DNA of 63,960 nucleotides, the filler included, from an uncultured bacterium (GTDB lineage Bacteria; Latescibacterota; UBA2968): NCBI GenBank assembly GCA_964471275.1. It is 3 parts of 3 records of this genome, joined end to end, with 100 filler letters (N's around TTAATTAATTAA, not from the genome) between each part and the next. Parts side by side here need not be neighbours in the genome. Positions count along the whole stretch, not along the records: positions 26,052 to 51,936 come from CAYYGZ010000036.1; positions 52,037 to 63,960 come from CAYYGZ010000153.1; 1 more part is not named here. The stretch is one strand, 5' to 3'. Shown here piece by piece: positions 47,984 to 57,618 of this stretch; positions within the stretch are counted from its first letter, which is position 1, and every line of letters begins with the position of its first letter. Under the pieces are notes generated by a model that was not told where the DNA came from, ran no database searches, and saw nothing but the letters and a program-made list of their open reading frames with translations. A program made the position numbers and the translations under genes.

Positions 47984-49594
47984 ATGACTATACTTAAATA
48001 CCAGGTTGCACGACGCGTGGTACAGATTTTAGTAATCGCCCTCATGCTCCTGATTCCGGTCGTGGCCCGCTACACGAATTACCTCTCCGCTCGTGAACTC
48101 GACCGGAAACTAGAGAAGTGGGACGGGACGCTTCAGGGCGAGACGCTGGGTATCGTCGATGGGGTGCTGCGATTCTTGCCGGGCGGCGAGAAGCAACGCG
48201 TGGACCGGGTCGTACGCGATCGGAAGATGACGCTCTCGCGAGTCCAGTCTCTACGTGGCGGACCGTGGTCGGTGCAAATCGGCGATCTGTCGATGACCGA
48301 TCCGTTGGCTGGTGCCGAGAGCATCGTTGCGAGCCGGTCGGTCATGTGGGTACTCGCCTTCAGCCTGGTCGTTCCACTTCTGGCTACGTTGATCCTGGGC
48401 CGGGTGTTCTGCTCGTGGGTCTGTCCGATGGGGTTCCTGCTCGAGTTGAACGGAAAGCTGCGTGTTCTGCTCAGGTTTCTCGAGATAAAATCGCGCAACC
48501 TGAGCTTCTCGCGGGCTACGAAGTACGGCCTGCTAGGTGTGGGTCTCGCAGTGGTCGCAGCTACGTCGGTTCCTCTCCTCAACTATATCTATCCTCCCGC
48601 GATCCTGGGACGCGAAGCGCACGATCTCGTGTTCGGAGTTTTTGACCGAGCAGAGCAAGGCCGGTTCGGTTTCTGGGCGGGCGGACTGACTTGGGCAAGC
48701 TTGATCATCGTCGGCATTGCGCTGTTCGAGGTCCTGGTGTCGAAGCGATGGTGGTGTCGCTACATCTGTCCGGGCGGCGCACTCTATATACTGCTGGGTC
48801 ACCAGCGACTGGTCACGGTGAGACGATCGGCAAATCGGTGCACGGATTGTGGTGTGTGCGATCAAGTTTGTCCGATGGGTCTGGCGCCTATGCAGGATCA
48901 GATGGGACCGGAATGCGACAACTGCGGCGTCTGTATTTCCAACTGCTCGGATAGCGCACTCGAACTCAAGATCAGAGGCGCCGACAAGCTGAGGAAATTC
49001 ATAAAGGCGTCAAGGAAGGCGGCGGCCCTCCTGATCATGCTGGTGATTCCGACCGATACGCCGGCACACCATATCATGGGGATCCCGCACTACGCTTACA
49101 ACGAGCAATACCCACAGACACCGGTGCTGACCTACCGCGTCGACGCCGGGCCGTATGAACTCCGTATGACGGGGTATCCAGGCAACCCGAAGCCGGGTGA
49201 ACGCTGTTCTCTCCATCTCTACCTCAACCGGAGAGATGATGGATCTCTATACAACGGCATTGTCCAGGCAACCGTGTTCCAGGACGCTCTGATTGGTGAC
49301 GACCCGGTGGTTTACGGTCCCCAGGAAGCTCTGATCGAGGAGCGAGTGTTCAAGTTCCATCCCACCTACGAGGAAGAGGCAAACTACACGGTTCGTCTCG
49401 AGTTCGATGTCGATGGTGTACCGTGGGTGATCGATCTCCCCATGGTCGCGGGCGAGCCCGGGTCTCCCTACGCGGTCCTTGGCGGCACCGTCGCGGGATT
49501 GGCCGTCTTTCTCGTCGTGGTCAGAGCGATCCGCATCAAGATGCGTCGTAGGACGGGCAACGCACGGAACACACCTCGAGAGGCCGTGGCTTGA
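47984..49594 (+). CDS. NapH/MauN-family membrane ferredoxin fused to an extra His-rich C-terminal domain
   Basis: DPLAG, GRVFCSWVCP, WCRYICP, two 4Fe-4S motifs; then a hydrophobic stretch, AHHIMGIPHY, a beta-rich domain and a C-terminal TM helix. Confidence 0.85.
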   Translation: MTILKYQVARRVVQILVIALMLLIPVVARYTNYLSARELDRKLEKWDGTLQGETLGIVDGVLRFLPGGEKQRVDRVVRDRKMTLSRVQSLRGGPWSVQIGDLSMTDPLAGAESIVASRSVMWVLAFSLVVPLLATLILGRVFCSWVCPMGFLLELNGKLRVLLRFLEIKSRNLSFSRATKYGLLGVGLAVVAATSVPLLNYIYPPAILGREAHDLVFGVFDRAEQGRFGFWAGGLTWASLIIVGIALFEVLVSKRWWCRYICPGGALYILLGHQRLVTVRRSANRCTDCGVCDQVCPMGLAPMQDQMGPECDNCGVCISNCSDSALELKIRGADKLRKFIKASRKAAALLIMLVIPTDTPAHHIMGIPHYAYNEQYPQTPVLTYRVDAGPYELRMTGYPGNPKPGERCSLHLYLNRRDDGSLYNGIVQATVFQDALIGDDPVVYGPQEALIEERVFKFHPTYEEEANYTVRLEFDVDGVPWVIDLPMVAGEPGSPYAVLGGTVAGLAVFLVVVRAIRIKMRRRTGNARNTPREAVA

Positions 49595-51510
49595 GTCGTC
49601 GCGGTGCTTCGCTCGCGTTGCTGATTTTTGTTCTCGGTATCGCGTGTGTGAGTGCGTGGCACGCGACATCGGATGCAGCGATGTCGTTTCTTGGTTGGGG
49701 TGCGCGTGTATCAGTCGATCCCGTCTGCCGGATGGAGATTGGTCAGGAGATCACCCACTCGCACGGGGATGAAACCTACGCTTTCTGCACCGAGCGATGC
49801 CGTGAGCTGTTTCGGACTAATCCCTCGGCCTATCTGATCGAGCGATGCCTGGTATGTGCGCTCGAAGATCGGCACACGGAAGTCGACCCGTCGATCAGAG
49901 CCACGTGGCAGAACAAGACCTACCACTTCTGTAGCGTGGACCATCGATCCGCTTTTCGATCGGATCCTGCCGGCTACTTCCTTCACACCATGTGGGGTAT
50001 TCCCAGCTGGCTCTACTACGCGAGCATCGCGTTTGTTCTCGTGCTCTCATTCGGCCTCTTTGAATGGATTGCGCCGTGTTTCACCAGATTCAATCCGGAC
50101 GGCAGAACGCCACGTCTCGATCTGCTCTCTTACCCGCTTGTTCGGCGTGTCGTACGACAGCCTGCAACACGCTTTCTCGCACAGGCATCGATGGTACTCA
50201 TCTTCCTGATGGTCATCAGCGCGGGTCTGTTCGGCAGCCAACTCCCTTCGAAGAATATCGCTCCCATCCTGACGTGGACGGTATGGTGGGGCGGTCTTGT
50301 TGTGATCATCCTGCTTGCAGGGAAGGCCTGGTGCTACGTCTGTCCCTGGGATGCGGTCGCAGGATGGGCGGAGGGGCTGAAGCTGTGGTGGACACGTCGC
50401 GAAGGGCTTGGACTGGGTCTCCCGTGGCCCAAGTTTATGCGGAATATCTGGCCCGCGACGATCCTGTTCGTGGGGCTGACTTGGGTGGAAATCGGATTCA
50501 GCGTGACGATGAAGCCACGGGCGACCGCGTGGCTTGGCCTTACGATGGTGGGTATGGCTTTTGTCAGTGCCTTTGTCTTCGATCGAAAATCTTTCTGCCG
50601 ATATGGTTGTCTGGTCGGGAGAGTCAGCGGGCTTTACGCCCTGTTTGCTCCCGTCGAGGTGCGGGCAAGGGATCGCGATGTCTGTAGATCGTGTTCGACA
50701 CGCTCGTGCTACCACGGTAATGACCTTGGCGAGCCCTGTCCGACCCATCAGTATCTCGGGACGATGGATCAGAACACCTATTGCATCTCCTGTATGGAGT
50801 GCGTGAAGTCGTGCGAGCTCGGTAATGTGGCACTGAATGTTCGGCCCTGGGGCTCGGACCTTTCTGCTCATCATCGACCTCGAACAGACGAGGCCTATCT
50901 GGCTCTGCTGATGCTGTCACTTACAGCGTTTCACGGTCTCACGATGACCGGCGTTTGGGAGGAGGCCGTGTCCTCGATCGCCCGGATGATCGGGTCCGGC
51001 AGGTCCGTTGCGTTCAGCGTTGGGATGGCCGGTCTGATGGTCCTCCCCCTCGGGATCTACGCGCTTCTCGTCCGTGTATCTAAGGCGTTGGCAGGCGATG
51101 GTGAAGCCAGCTACAAGGACTACTTTGTTCGCTATGCCTACGCTCTCTTGCCGATCGCGTTGTTCTACCATCTTGCACACAATATTGAGCACCTCCTGAT
51201 GGAAGGTCAGAAAGTTGTTGCCCTGGCTTCAGACCCGATGGGGAAGGGGTGGGATCTGATGGGAACAGGTATGCTGACAATCGCTCCTCTGGCGAGTCTG
51301 TCCACGCTCTGGGGGATGCAGGTGCTGCTCGTACTCATCGGCCACGTCTACAGCCTCTGGGTCGCTCGCCGAACTGCAGTCAAGATTTTTGGTGAAACGA
51401 AACAGGCTTTTCGCAGTCAGCTTCCAATGCTTGCTGCGATGGTCCTGTTCAGTCTGTTGAGTTTGTGGCTGCTGAAGCAGCCGATGGTCATGAGGACCTC
51501 GGCCATGTGA
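49591..51510 (+). CDS. Tandem YHS-domain + 4Fe-4S-binding polytopic membrane protein
   Basis: DPVCRM..YAFCTERC..F...P..Y and YHFCS..H...F..DP..Y; WCYVCP, FCRYGC, CISCMECVKSC. Confidence 0.8.
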   Translation: MSRRGASLALLIFVLGIACVSAWHATSDAAMSFLGWGARVSVDPVCRMEIGQEITHSHGDETYAFCTERCRELFRTNPSAYLIERCLVCALEDRHTEVDPSIRATWQNKTYHFCSVDHRSAFRSDPAGYFLHTMWGIPSWLYYASIAFVLVLSFGLFEWIAPCFTRFNPDGRTPRLDLLSYPLVRRVVRQPATRFLAQASMVLIFLMVISAGLFGSQLPSKNIAPILTWTVWWGGLVVIILLAGKAWCYVCPWDAVAGWAEGLKLWWTRREGLGLGLPWPKFMRNIWPATILFVGLTWVEIGFSVTMKPRATAWLGLTMVGMAFVSAFVFDRKSFCRYGCLVGRVSGLYALFAPVEVRARDRDVCRSCSTRSCYHGNDLGEPCPTHQYLGTMDQNTYCISCMECVKSCELGNVALNVRPWGSDLSAHHRPRTDEAYLALLMLSLTAFHGLTMTGVWEEAVSSIARMIGSGRSVAFSVGMAGLMVLPLGIYALLVRVSKALAGDGEASYKDYFVRYAYALLPIALFYHLAHNIEHLLMEGQKVVALASDPMGKGWDLMGTGMLTIAPLASLSTLWGMQVLLVLIGHVYSLWVARRTAVKIFGETKQAFRSQLPMLAAMVLFSLLSLWLLKQPMVMRTSAM

Positions 51511-51544
51511 GCTTCCTTTTTCATGAAATAGATCGCCTTGCTGG

Positions 51545-51573
51545 TTGACAGAAAAGTCCCGGCGGTGTAATAT
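51545..51573 (+). promoter_or_regulatory. Putative sigma70 promoter
   Basis: TTGACA-17 nt-TAATAT. Confidence 0.65.
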
Positions 51574-51612
51574 CAGATTAAAGGGTCCTAATATATCATT
51601 ATGAGGTTCCCA

Positions 51613-51936
51613 ATGATATTCTCCCGAGCGTGTGAGTATGGTATCCGCGCCGTACTCTATCTCGCAGCAATGCCTGAAGGGAGGCTTGTCCAAGTTAGAG
51701 ATGTGGCCTCTAAACTGGAGATACCCTCTCCCTTTCTGTCAAAGATCGTTCAGACGTTGACCCGGCGTGGCATTCTTCACTCGCAGAAGGGACCGGGTGG
51801 AGGAATCTACCTCGGGAAGTCGGCAGAGACGATTCTGGTTGTCGATGTCGTCGGCGCGATAGACGGAATGGCATTATCGGAAACCTGTGTTCTGGGCCTG
51901 CCAAACTGCTCGGATGCTGCACCTTGCCCATTCCAC
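51613..51936 (+). CDS. Rrf2-family transcriptional regulator with three Cys (3' truncated by the scaffold end)
   Basis: EYGIRAVLYLA, FLSKI, SQKGPGGG, CVLGLPNCSDAAPCPFH. Confidence 0.92.
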
Positions 51937-52036
51937 NNNNNNNNNNNNNNNNNNNNNNNNNNNNNNNNNNNNNNNNNNNNTTAATTAATTAANNNNNNNN
52001 NNNNNNNNNNNNNNNNNNNNNNNNNNNNNNNNNNNN
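51937..52036. other. Artificial scaffold linker
   Basis: N-run + TTAATTAATTAA + N-run. Confidence 0.98.
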
Positions 52037-52037
52037 G

Positions 52038-52595
52038 AGGATCGTTGGAGAAGCGGCAAATTCGAAGATTGGATTGGATGGCTATCTCATCCAGGCTGCT
52101 TCTCCCTTCGCTACGCGATTCATGGTCGTTGGGCCCTTCGATCGGAAAAACGCCGATAACACTGACAAACTCCTGCCCCCTGAACAGACGCTCGATCTCA
52201 AAACCTCCTACCAGGGCGCCGACGGAGCTGAAATCTTCTGGAAGACCGCGGACGCAGAAGGAAACGGCAGACTGAATTTCCTGTCCGCCTTTCCAAATGC
52301 CCCTTCACTCACACAGGGCTACACACTGACATCCGTCTAATCGGAAACACCGAGAGATGCAATCCTCCTGGTTGGTGCGGACGATCAGGTAGCGGTTTGG
52401 GTGAATGACAAGGAAGTCCACCGAAACAACTGGCGCCGTGGAGCCAGCCCGGACGAAGACACCATTCCGTGCAATCTGCTGGCGGGATGGGCCCAAGTGC
52501 TCTATCGCGTTGGCCAGAACGGTGGCAACTGGGCTATGTATCTACGTTTCAACGATCCTGATGGCTCACTGTGCTACACCGTCAGATCGCGTTAG
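52038..52595 (+). pseudogene. C-terminal beta-sandwich domain of a larger protein, with in-frame TAA
   Basis: MVVGPFD...GYTLTSV*SETPRDAILLVGADDQVAVWVND...; TAA 52338-52340. Confidence 0.6.
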
Positions 52596-52831
52596 AATGA
52601 TCGGTAGCGATTTCCCTGAGCAGGTCGCTCACAGATCAGAATGGAGCCTTCTCACACAACCGATCGAGCATCTGACCGTATCGCAGGGCGACCACATCTG
52701 ACGCGAAAGTAAACCATCCGCCTTTCGATACGATCTGCATCTGTGATACCACGGACCGAAGCCCGGTCTGTGTGCACACGACGTCGCTCAAAGTGAACTG
52801 TCAGAAACGTAACAGAGGGCTGACGACTCAA

Positions 52832-54016
52832 ATGCCAGACAATCTCCCACTCTCCCGTTTCACCGTCCTCGATCTGACCCGCGTGCGATCGGGCCCCACA
52901 GCCGTGCGCCAGCTCGCTGACTGGGGAGCCGACGTCATCAAAATCGAAGCGCCCGAATCGATTGACAGTACCGGCGGTATGGGTGGCCCCCGCCACGGCC
53001 CCGACTTCCAGAACCTACACCGCAACAAACGCAGCATGACGCTGAACCTGAAGTCCGATGCCGGACTCGCAACCTTCACGCGCATGGTCAAGACGGCTGA
53101 CGTCGTCGTTGAAAACTTCCGACCTGACGTCAAGACACGCCTGAAGGTCAACTATGATGCGTGCCGAGCTGTCAATCCGCGCATCGTCTACGGCAGCGTC
53201 TCGGGTTTCGGCCAGGACGGGCCCTACAGTCAGCGTCCCGGTTTCGACCAAATCGCCCAGGGCATGGGAGGTCTGATGTGGATCACGGGAATCCCGGGAC
53301 AGGGCCCCGTTCGTGTGGGTATCCCCGTGGCTGACCTGACAGCAGGCCTTTACGCGGCAATTGGCATTCTCACCGCCCTGCTGCAGCGAGACCAGACGGG
53401 CGAAGGTCAGCACGTCCACACCTCGCTGCTGGAGGCACAGGTGACCATGCTCGATTTCCAAGCGGCCCGCTGGATCACTGGGGGTGAGGTGCCCGGACAG
53501 GCTGGTAACAATCACCCGACCAGCATCCCGACTGGGGTCTTCGAAACAAGCGATGGATTCATCAATATCGCTACAACGGGGGAGGAAATTTGGCAGCGTC
53601 TATGCAGGGCGATCGGCGCATCACATTTGATCGACGATCCAAGGTATGTCGACGGGCCGGCGCGCCTCACACACCGGGATGCGTGTAACGCCGATCTGCA
53701 AACACATCTCAGAGACAGCACGAGTGCTGAGTGGATAGCGTCCTTGAACGAAGCCGGCGTACCTTGCGGCCCGATCTACAGGATGGACGAAATGTGGTCA
53801 GATCCCCATGTCCAGCACCTCAGAATGGCGCGTCAGGTAACAAACAGCGAGGTGGGCAACCTGAACGTGGTTCGGAACGCAGTCAACCTCAGCGCTGCTC
53901 CCGATCCCCCTTATACAGGATCGCCGGAGCGCGGAGAACACACCGAAGAAATTCTGCGGGAGTTCGGATTCAGCGAGGATGAAATCGAAGCGTTGAAGAA
54001 GGAAGACATCGTATGA
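52832..54016 (+). CDS. CaiB/BaiF class III CoA-transferase
   Basis: VLDLTRVRSGP, GADVIKIE, RNKRS, ENFRP, GFDQIAQG. Confidence 0.95.
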   Translation: MPDNLPLSRFTVLDLTRVRSGPTAVRQLADWGADVIKIEAPESIDSTGGMGGPRHGPDFQNLHRNKRSMTLNLKSDAGLATFTRMVKTADVVVENFRPDVKTRLKVNYDACRAVNPRIVYGSVSGFGQDGPYSQRPGFDQIAQGMGGLMWITGIPGQGPVRVGIPVADLTAGLYAAIGILTALLQRDQTGEGQHVHTSLLEAQVTMLDFQAARWITGGEVPGQAGNNHPTSIPTGVFETSDGFINIATTGEEIWQRLCRAIGASHLIDDPRYVDGPARLTHRDACNADLQTHLRDSTSAEWIASLNEAGVPCGPIYRMDEMWSDPHVQHLRMARQVTNSEVGNLNVVRNAVNLSAAPDPPYTGSPERGEHTEEILREFGFSEDEIEALKKEDIV

Positions 54017-54804
54017 GCGAAGACCAACCCCTGTTGACTCACATCGAGTCTGGCATCGGATATCTGAGATTCAACCGACCTGCGAAACACAATGCCATCA
54101 CCTTCGACATGTGGCGTGGTCTGGGCGAGACGATGGATCGGTACGCATCGGATGACGAGGTACGTGTAATCGTCCTGTCCGGCGAGGGTGGCAAGGCCTT
54201 CTCGAGCGGAGCAGACATAACGCAATTCGAAGAACAGCGTACTTCCGCGAACGCAGTCGAGATCTACAATAATGCCCTGGATGATGCCTGTCGGAAGCTG
54301 ACCGAGATTGCCAAACCGACACTCGCAAAGATACAGGGCTACTGCATGGGAGGAGGTTTGGCGACGTCGATCTGCTGCGACTTACGAATCGCGTCCTCTG
54401 ACTCCACCTTCGCGATCCCGGCGGCCAAACTGGGTGTCGGCTATGCTTACGGGTCCCTCAGGACACTTGCATTCCTGGTTGGGCCGGCTTCCGCAAAAGA
54501 GATCATGTTCACGGGGCGACGTTTCAGCGCGTCTGAAGTGCGCGATATGGGATTGATCAATCGCGTCGTCGACCCCAGGGAACTCGATACTGTTGTGATG
54601 GAGTATACAGAAACGCTTGCCGCCAATGCACCCCTGACGATCACTGCGTGCAAGCGTGTCTTCGCTGAGCTCGCCATGGATCCCGCAGATCGAGATGTAG
54701 ATGCGTGCAATCAGCTCGTAGATGACTGTTTCCAGTCAGACGATTACAAAGAGGGCCGTCAGGCTTTTCTGGAAAAAAGAAAACCCGATTTTCGGGGCCG
54801 ATGA
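54013..54804 (+). CDS. Enoyl-CoA hydratase/isomerase family protein
   Basis: NRPAKHNA, FSSGADI, GYCMGGG, EGRQAFLEKRKPDF. Confidence 0.93.
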   Translation: MSEDQPLLTHIESGIGYLRFNRPAKHNAITFDMWRGLGETMDRYASDDEVRVIVLSGEGGKAFSSGADITQFEEQRTSANAVEIYNNALDDACRKLTEIAKPTLAKIQGYCMGGGLATSICCDLRIASSDSTFAIPAAKLGVGYAYGSLRTLAFLVGPASAKEIMFTGRRFSASEVRDMGLINRVVDPRELDTVVMEYTETLAANAPLTITACKRVFAELAMDPADRDVDACNQLVDDCFQSDDYKEGRQAFLEKRKPDFRGR

Positions 54805-55739
54805 ATTCAGGATTGCTGAGCACCCGGATGCATCAAAACGATTGATTCTTTCGACAAGCTGTCGGTTCAGGATGGGGTCACTCTGGGGCCTACCCCGTCC
54901 AATGGTTCTGGATGATGGCATCCAGCGCGAGGTCATTGTACAGGAATCCGATGAACACTTTCTCGAGACGTTGGATATGGATCTCGTCGCGGGATCGAAC
55001 TTCACAGCCACTACTTTCAGCCAGTGGGGAAATGCCCAGATCATCCTGAACCGGTCCGCAGTTAGGGCATTCGGCCTTACCGAGGCAACCGTCATCGGTG
55101 CCAGAATCGCAAGTCGCTCCGAAATGGAGCGAGGACACGATCCAGCCATTGTGGTCGACGTGATGGAAGATGTTCACGGTCGGACGCTGTGAGAATCGAT
55201 CGCGCCCACGGCGATTCGCAACAAGATCAGGATCGTCAACCATCTGGCCGTTCGCGTCAAGGGCGATGATCTGCCGTCAACGCTGGCCTTCCTCGAGGAG
55301 ACGTGGGGCAGGTTCGTGCCTGATCAACCTTTCGAATACGGCTTCGTTGACAAGTCACTTGATCAGCTCTACCGGAAGGAAGCGTTGATGGGTCGGCTGA
55401 TTTCGATATTCACCGGCCTCGCCCTGTTCATCGCCTGTGTCGGCCTCTTCGGATTAGCATCCTACACCGTCAAGCAACGCACAAAGGAAATCGGCACCCG
55501 AAAAGCCATCGGCGCGAGCGTGCAGAACATCATTGGCCTCCTCTCCGGGGAATCACCCAACTCGTCCTCAGGGCGGACCTCATCGCCTGCCTCAACGACT
55601 TCGCCTACCGCACTGACACGGCCCTCTGGGTCTTCGTCGCCGGCGGTATATCCACCTTCCTCCTCGCATGATCACCGTCGGCTACCACGCCGTCCGATCC
55701 GCGACAATGAATCCCGTCGACGCACTCAGACAGGAGTAA
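54805..55739 (+). pseudogene. MacB/FtsX-type ABC permease remnant
   Basis: FLETLDMDLVAG, TGA 55190-55192, PFEYGFVD, IACVGLFGL..RTKEIG.RKA.GAS, frameshifts, ending NPVDALRQE*. Confidence 0.8.
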
Positions 55740-55899
55740 AGAATCACGGTTCCCGTGAAGCACCACAAAGACCTGATCACCTTTCTCCGGCCTGACGTAC
55801 GGTAGCCTCTGGTACGCGGGGCTTTCCAAATCGCGCCGTGATCTCGATCTTGATCATCACACAGTGACTTCCTGACCTATCGCGTGCCAGAGGAAAGCT

Positions 55900-57423
55900 A
55901 TGTCTGATTTCATCTCACCCGTCCGCACATATATCGATCTCGTCTTCGATCGCTGCCGCCCGTCCAAATCACCATCCGGACTCCTTGCCGATGGCATTGA
56001 TCTCGAAACCGGTAAGCCGCTGACGTGGGACGGCCAAACCACAACCAACCTCGCCTGTCAACAGAACCTCCTCCGCACGCTGGACACACTCTCTTCAATC
56101 ACGGGAGACGAAGCGCATCGCGATCGTGCCGACACCTGGATCGGCGAGGCGATCGCCAGAATCCAGGATCCCACCTCCGGCCTGTTCTACTGGGGCGGGC
56201 ACACCAGTTACGACCTGATCGCCGACGAACCCATCCTCGGCAATCACGAAATGAAGTGTGTCTACCCGTACTACGCCGCCCTCCATCGTGTCTCGCCTGA
56301 TGCCGTAAGTCGATTCATCGAGGCGAACTGGCACGCACACATATGGGATTGGGAATCCCTGCTGTTCAACCGGCACGGCGAGTATGAGGCCTGGGACCGG
56401 AAGTGGGACGTGGAATTCAAGGGGGGATCCGTCCCCATCATCGACAACGCTGCGCTGTCGTTTGTGAACACCGGAAGCGACCTGATCCTGGCGGGGGTGA
56501 TGCTGCACAAGCTCTCGGGCGATACCACATCCTTACGCTGGGAAAACCACCTGCTCTCACGTTATGAGGACGTCCGTCATCCGGAGACGGGTCTGGCAGG
56601 ATACCAGTTCAACCACCGGGATCCATGTCGTGTCCGGGCCTCGCTGAAACCGCCATTCGACGACAGAGCGGACATAAACGAAGTCACCGTAGTCACCAAC
56701 AATGTGATCAAAGTTCGTTATGCCCGGGCGGCCCTCACATTCATGAACGCGTATGCTGAACTTGGCGACGAAGCGGGTAAGCCCCTGATCGAACTGGTCA
56801 TCCGTGATCTGCACGCACTGGCGGAACACTGCTACAGCCGAAGCGATCACTGCTTCTACCCGGCGATCAACGATGGAACACGCCTCGAGCCGGACAACGC
56901 CAATGAAGGTGTCGGATACTGCCCACCAGGCAAGCTAACAGCAGTCCCCGCAGACGGATTGCTGTTTCTTTCTTACGCACGTGCCTACAACCTGACGCGT
57001 CAGGAGACGTTCAGGGAAATGGCGGAATCGCTGGCCTCAGGTATGGGCTGGGATGGCTTCACTGTACCGGACGGGTATGAGGGCAATACCCTCGAGCCTG
57101 ATCCACATCGCTGGGTGAATTTCGGCCAGAACGACGTTTGTGGGCTCTTCGGTCTCCTCGAGATGCACTCTGCCACTGGTGAGGCGAGTATCCTGAAGTC
57201 GGCCCAGATTCTCGGAAACCAGTTGATCGACCGTTACACAGTCGACGGCTGGATCACATCACACGGTCCCACAGGCGAAGCGAACATCGACACAGCCCTT
57301 CCGCTCGCGCTGCTGCACCTCGAAGCGGCCGGTACAGGATCACGCAGCGCGCTGCCGATGTTTTTTGCCAACAACACCTACTTCGATCCGAAGATCGTGA
57401 TCCGGAAGCGAGCGCAGAACTGA
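55900..57423 (+). CDS. Pectate lyase family 2 (PelW/PelY-like) related protein
   Basis: LADG, NLACQQNLLRTL, LFYWGGH, HEMK..YPYY, W.AH..DW..L..NRHG, SFVNTGSDL. Confidence 0.6.
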   Translation: MSDFISPVRTYIDLVFDRCRPSKSPSGLLADGIDLETGKPLTWDGQTTTNLACQQNLLRTLDTLSSITGDEAHRDRADTWIGEAIARIQDPTSGLFYWGGHTSYDLIADEPILGNHEMKCVYPYYAALHRVSPDAVSRFIEANWHAHIWDWESLLFNRHGEYEAWDRKWDVEFKGGSVPIIDNAALSFVNTGSDLILAGVMLHKLSGDTTSLRWENHLLSRYEDVRHPETGLAGYQFNHRDPCRVRASLKPPFDDRADINEVTVVTNNVIKVRYARAALTFMNAYAELGDEAGKPLIELVIRDLHALAEHCYSRSDHCFYPAINDGTRLEPDNANEGVGYCPPGKLTAVPADGLLFLSYARAYNLTRQETFREMAESLASGMGWDGFTVPDGYEGNTLEPDPHRWVNFGQNDVCGLFGLLEMHSATGEASILKSAQILGNQLIDRYTVDGWITSHGPTGEANIDTALPLALLHLEAAGTGSRSALPMFFANNTYFDPKIVIRKRAQN

Positions 57424-57618
57424 GGATGTAGAACCAGATAAGCCACCGAGCACGCCCTTCGACTCCGCTCCCACTTTCGCCAGTTAGCTACGATCGGGCG
57501 TGGCGGGCGTCCTCCAAACACAGAAGGGAAGGAGAGAACAACTACCGCGTTCCAGACAGAGTAAGTCGCTATCGTGGAACCTAGAACGCCTTCGCCTTTT
57601 TAGAGCGCCTCTTCTCCA

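Noticed and set aside
46709..51510. Nitrous oxide reductase (nos) accessory cluster
   Set aside because: NosG/NosH-like genes are present, but no nosZ, nosD, nosF, nosY or nosL is visible on this scaffold.
51575..51600. Second copy of the AAGGAC-N6-GTCCTT operator upstream of the Rrf2 gene
   Set aside because: Only a weak match with different spacing (AAGGGT-N8-ATCATT), which is not enough to claim autoregulation.
141..55192. Stop-codon reassignment or Sec/Pyl readthrough suggested by many in-frame stops
   Set aside because: All three stop types occur, at positions where different residues are expected (apparently Gly, Arg, Trp, Tyr). They co-occur with frameshifts and deletions, and TGA, TAG and TAA all terminate intact genes normally.
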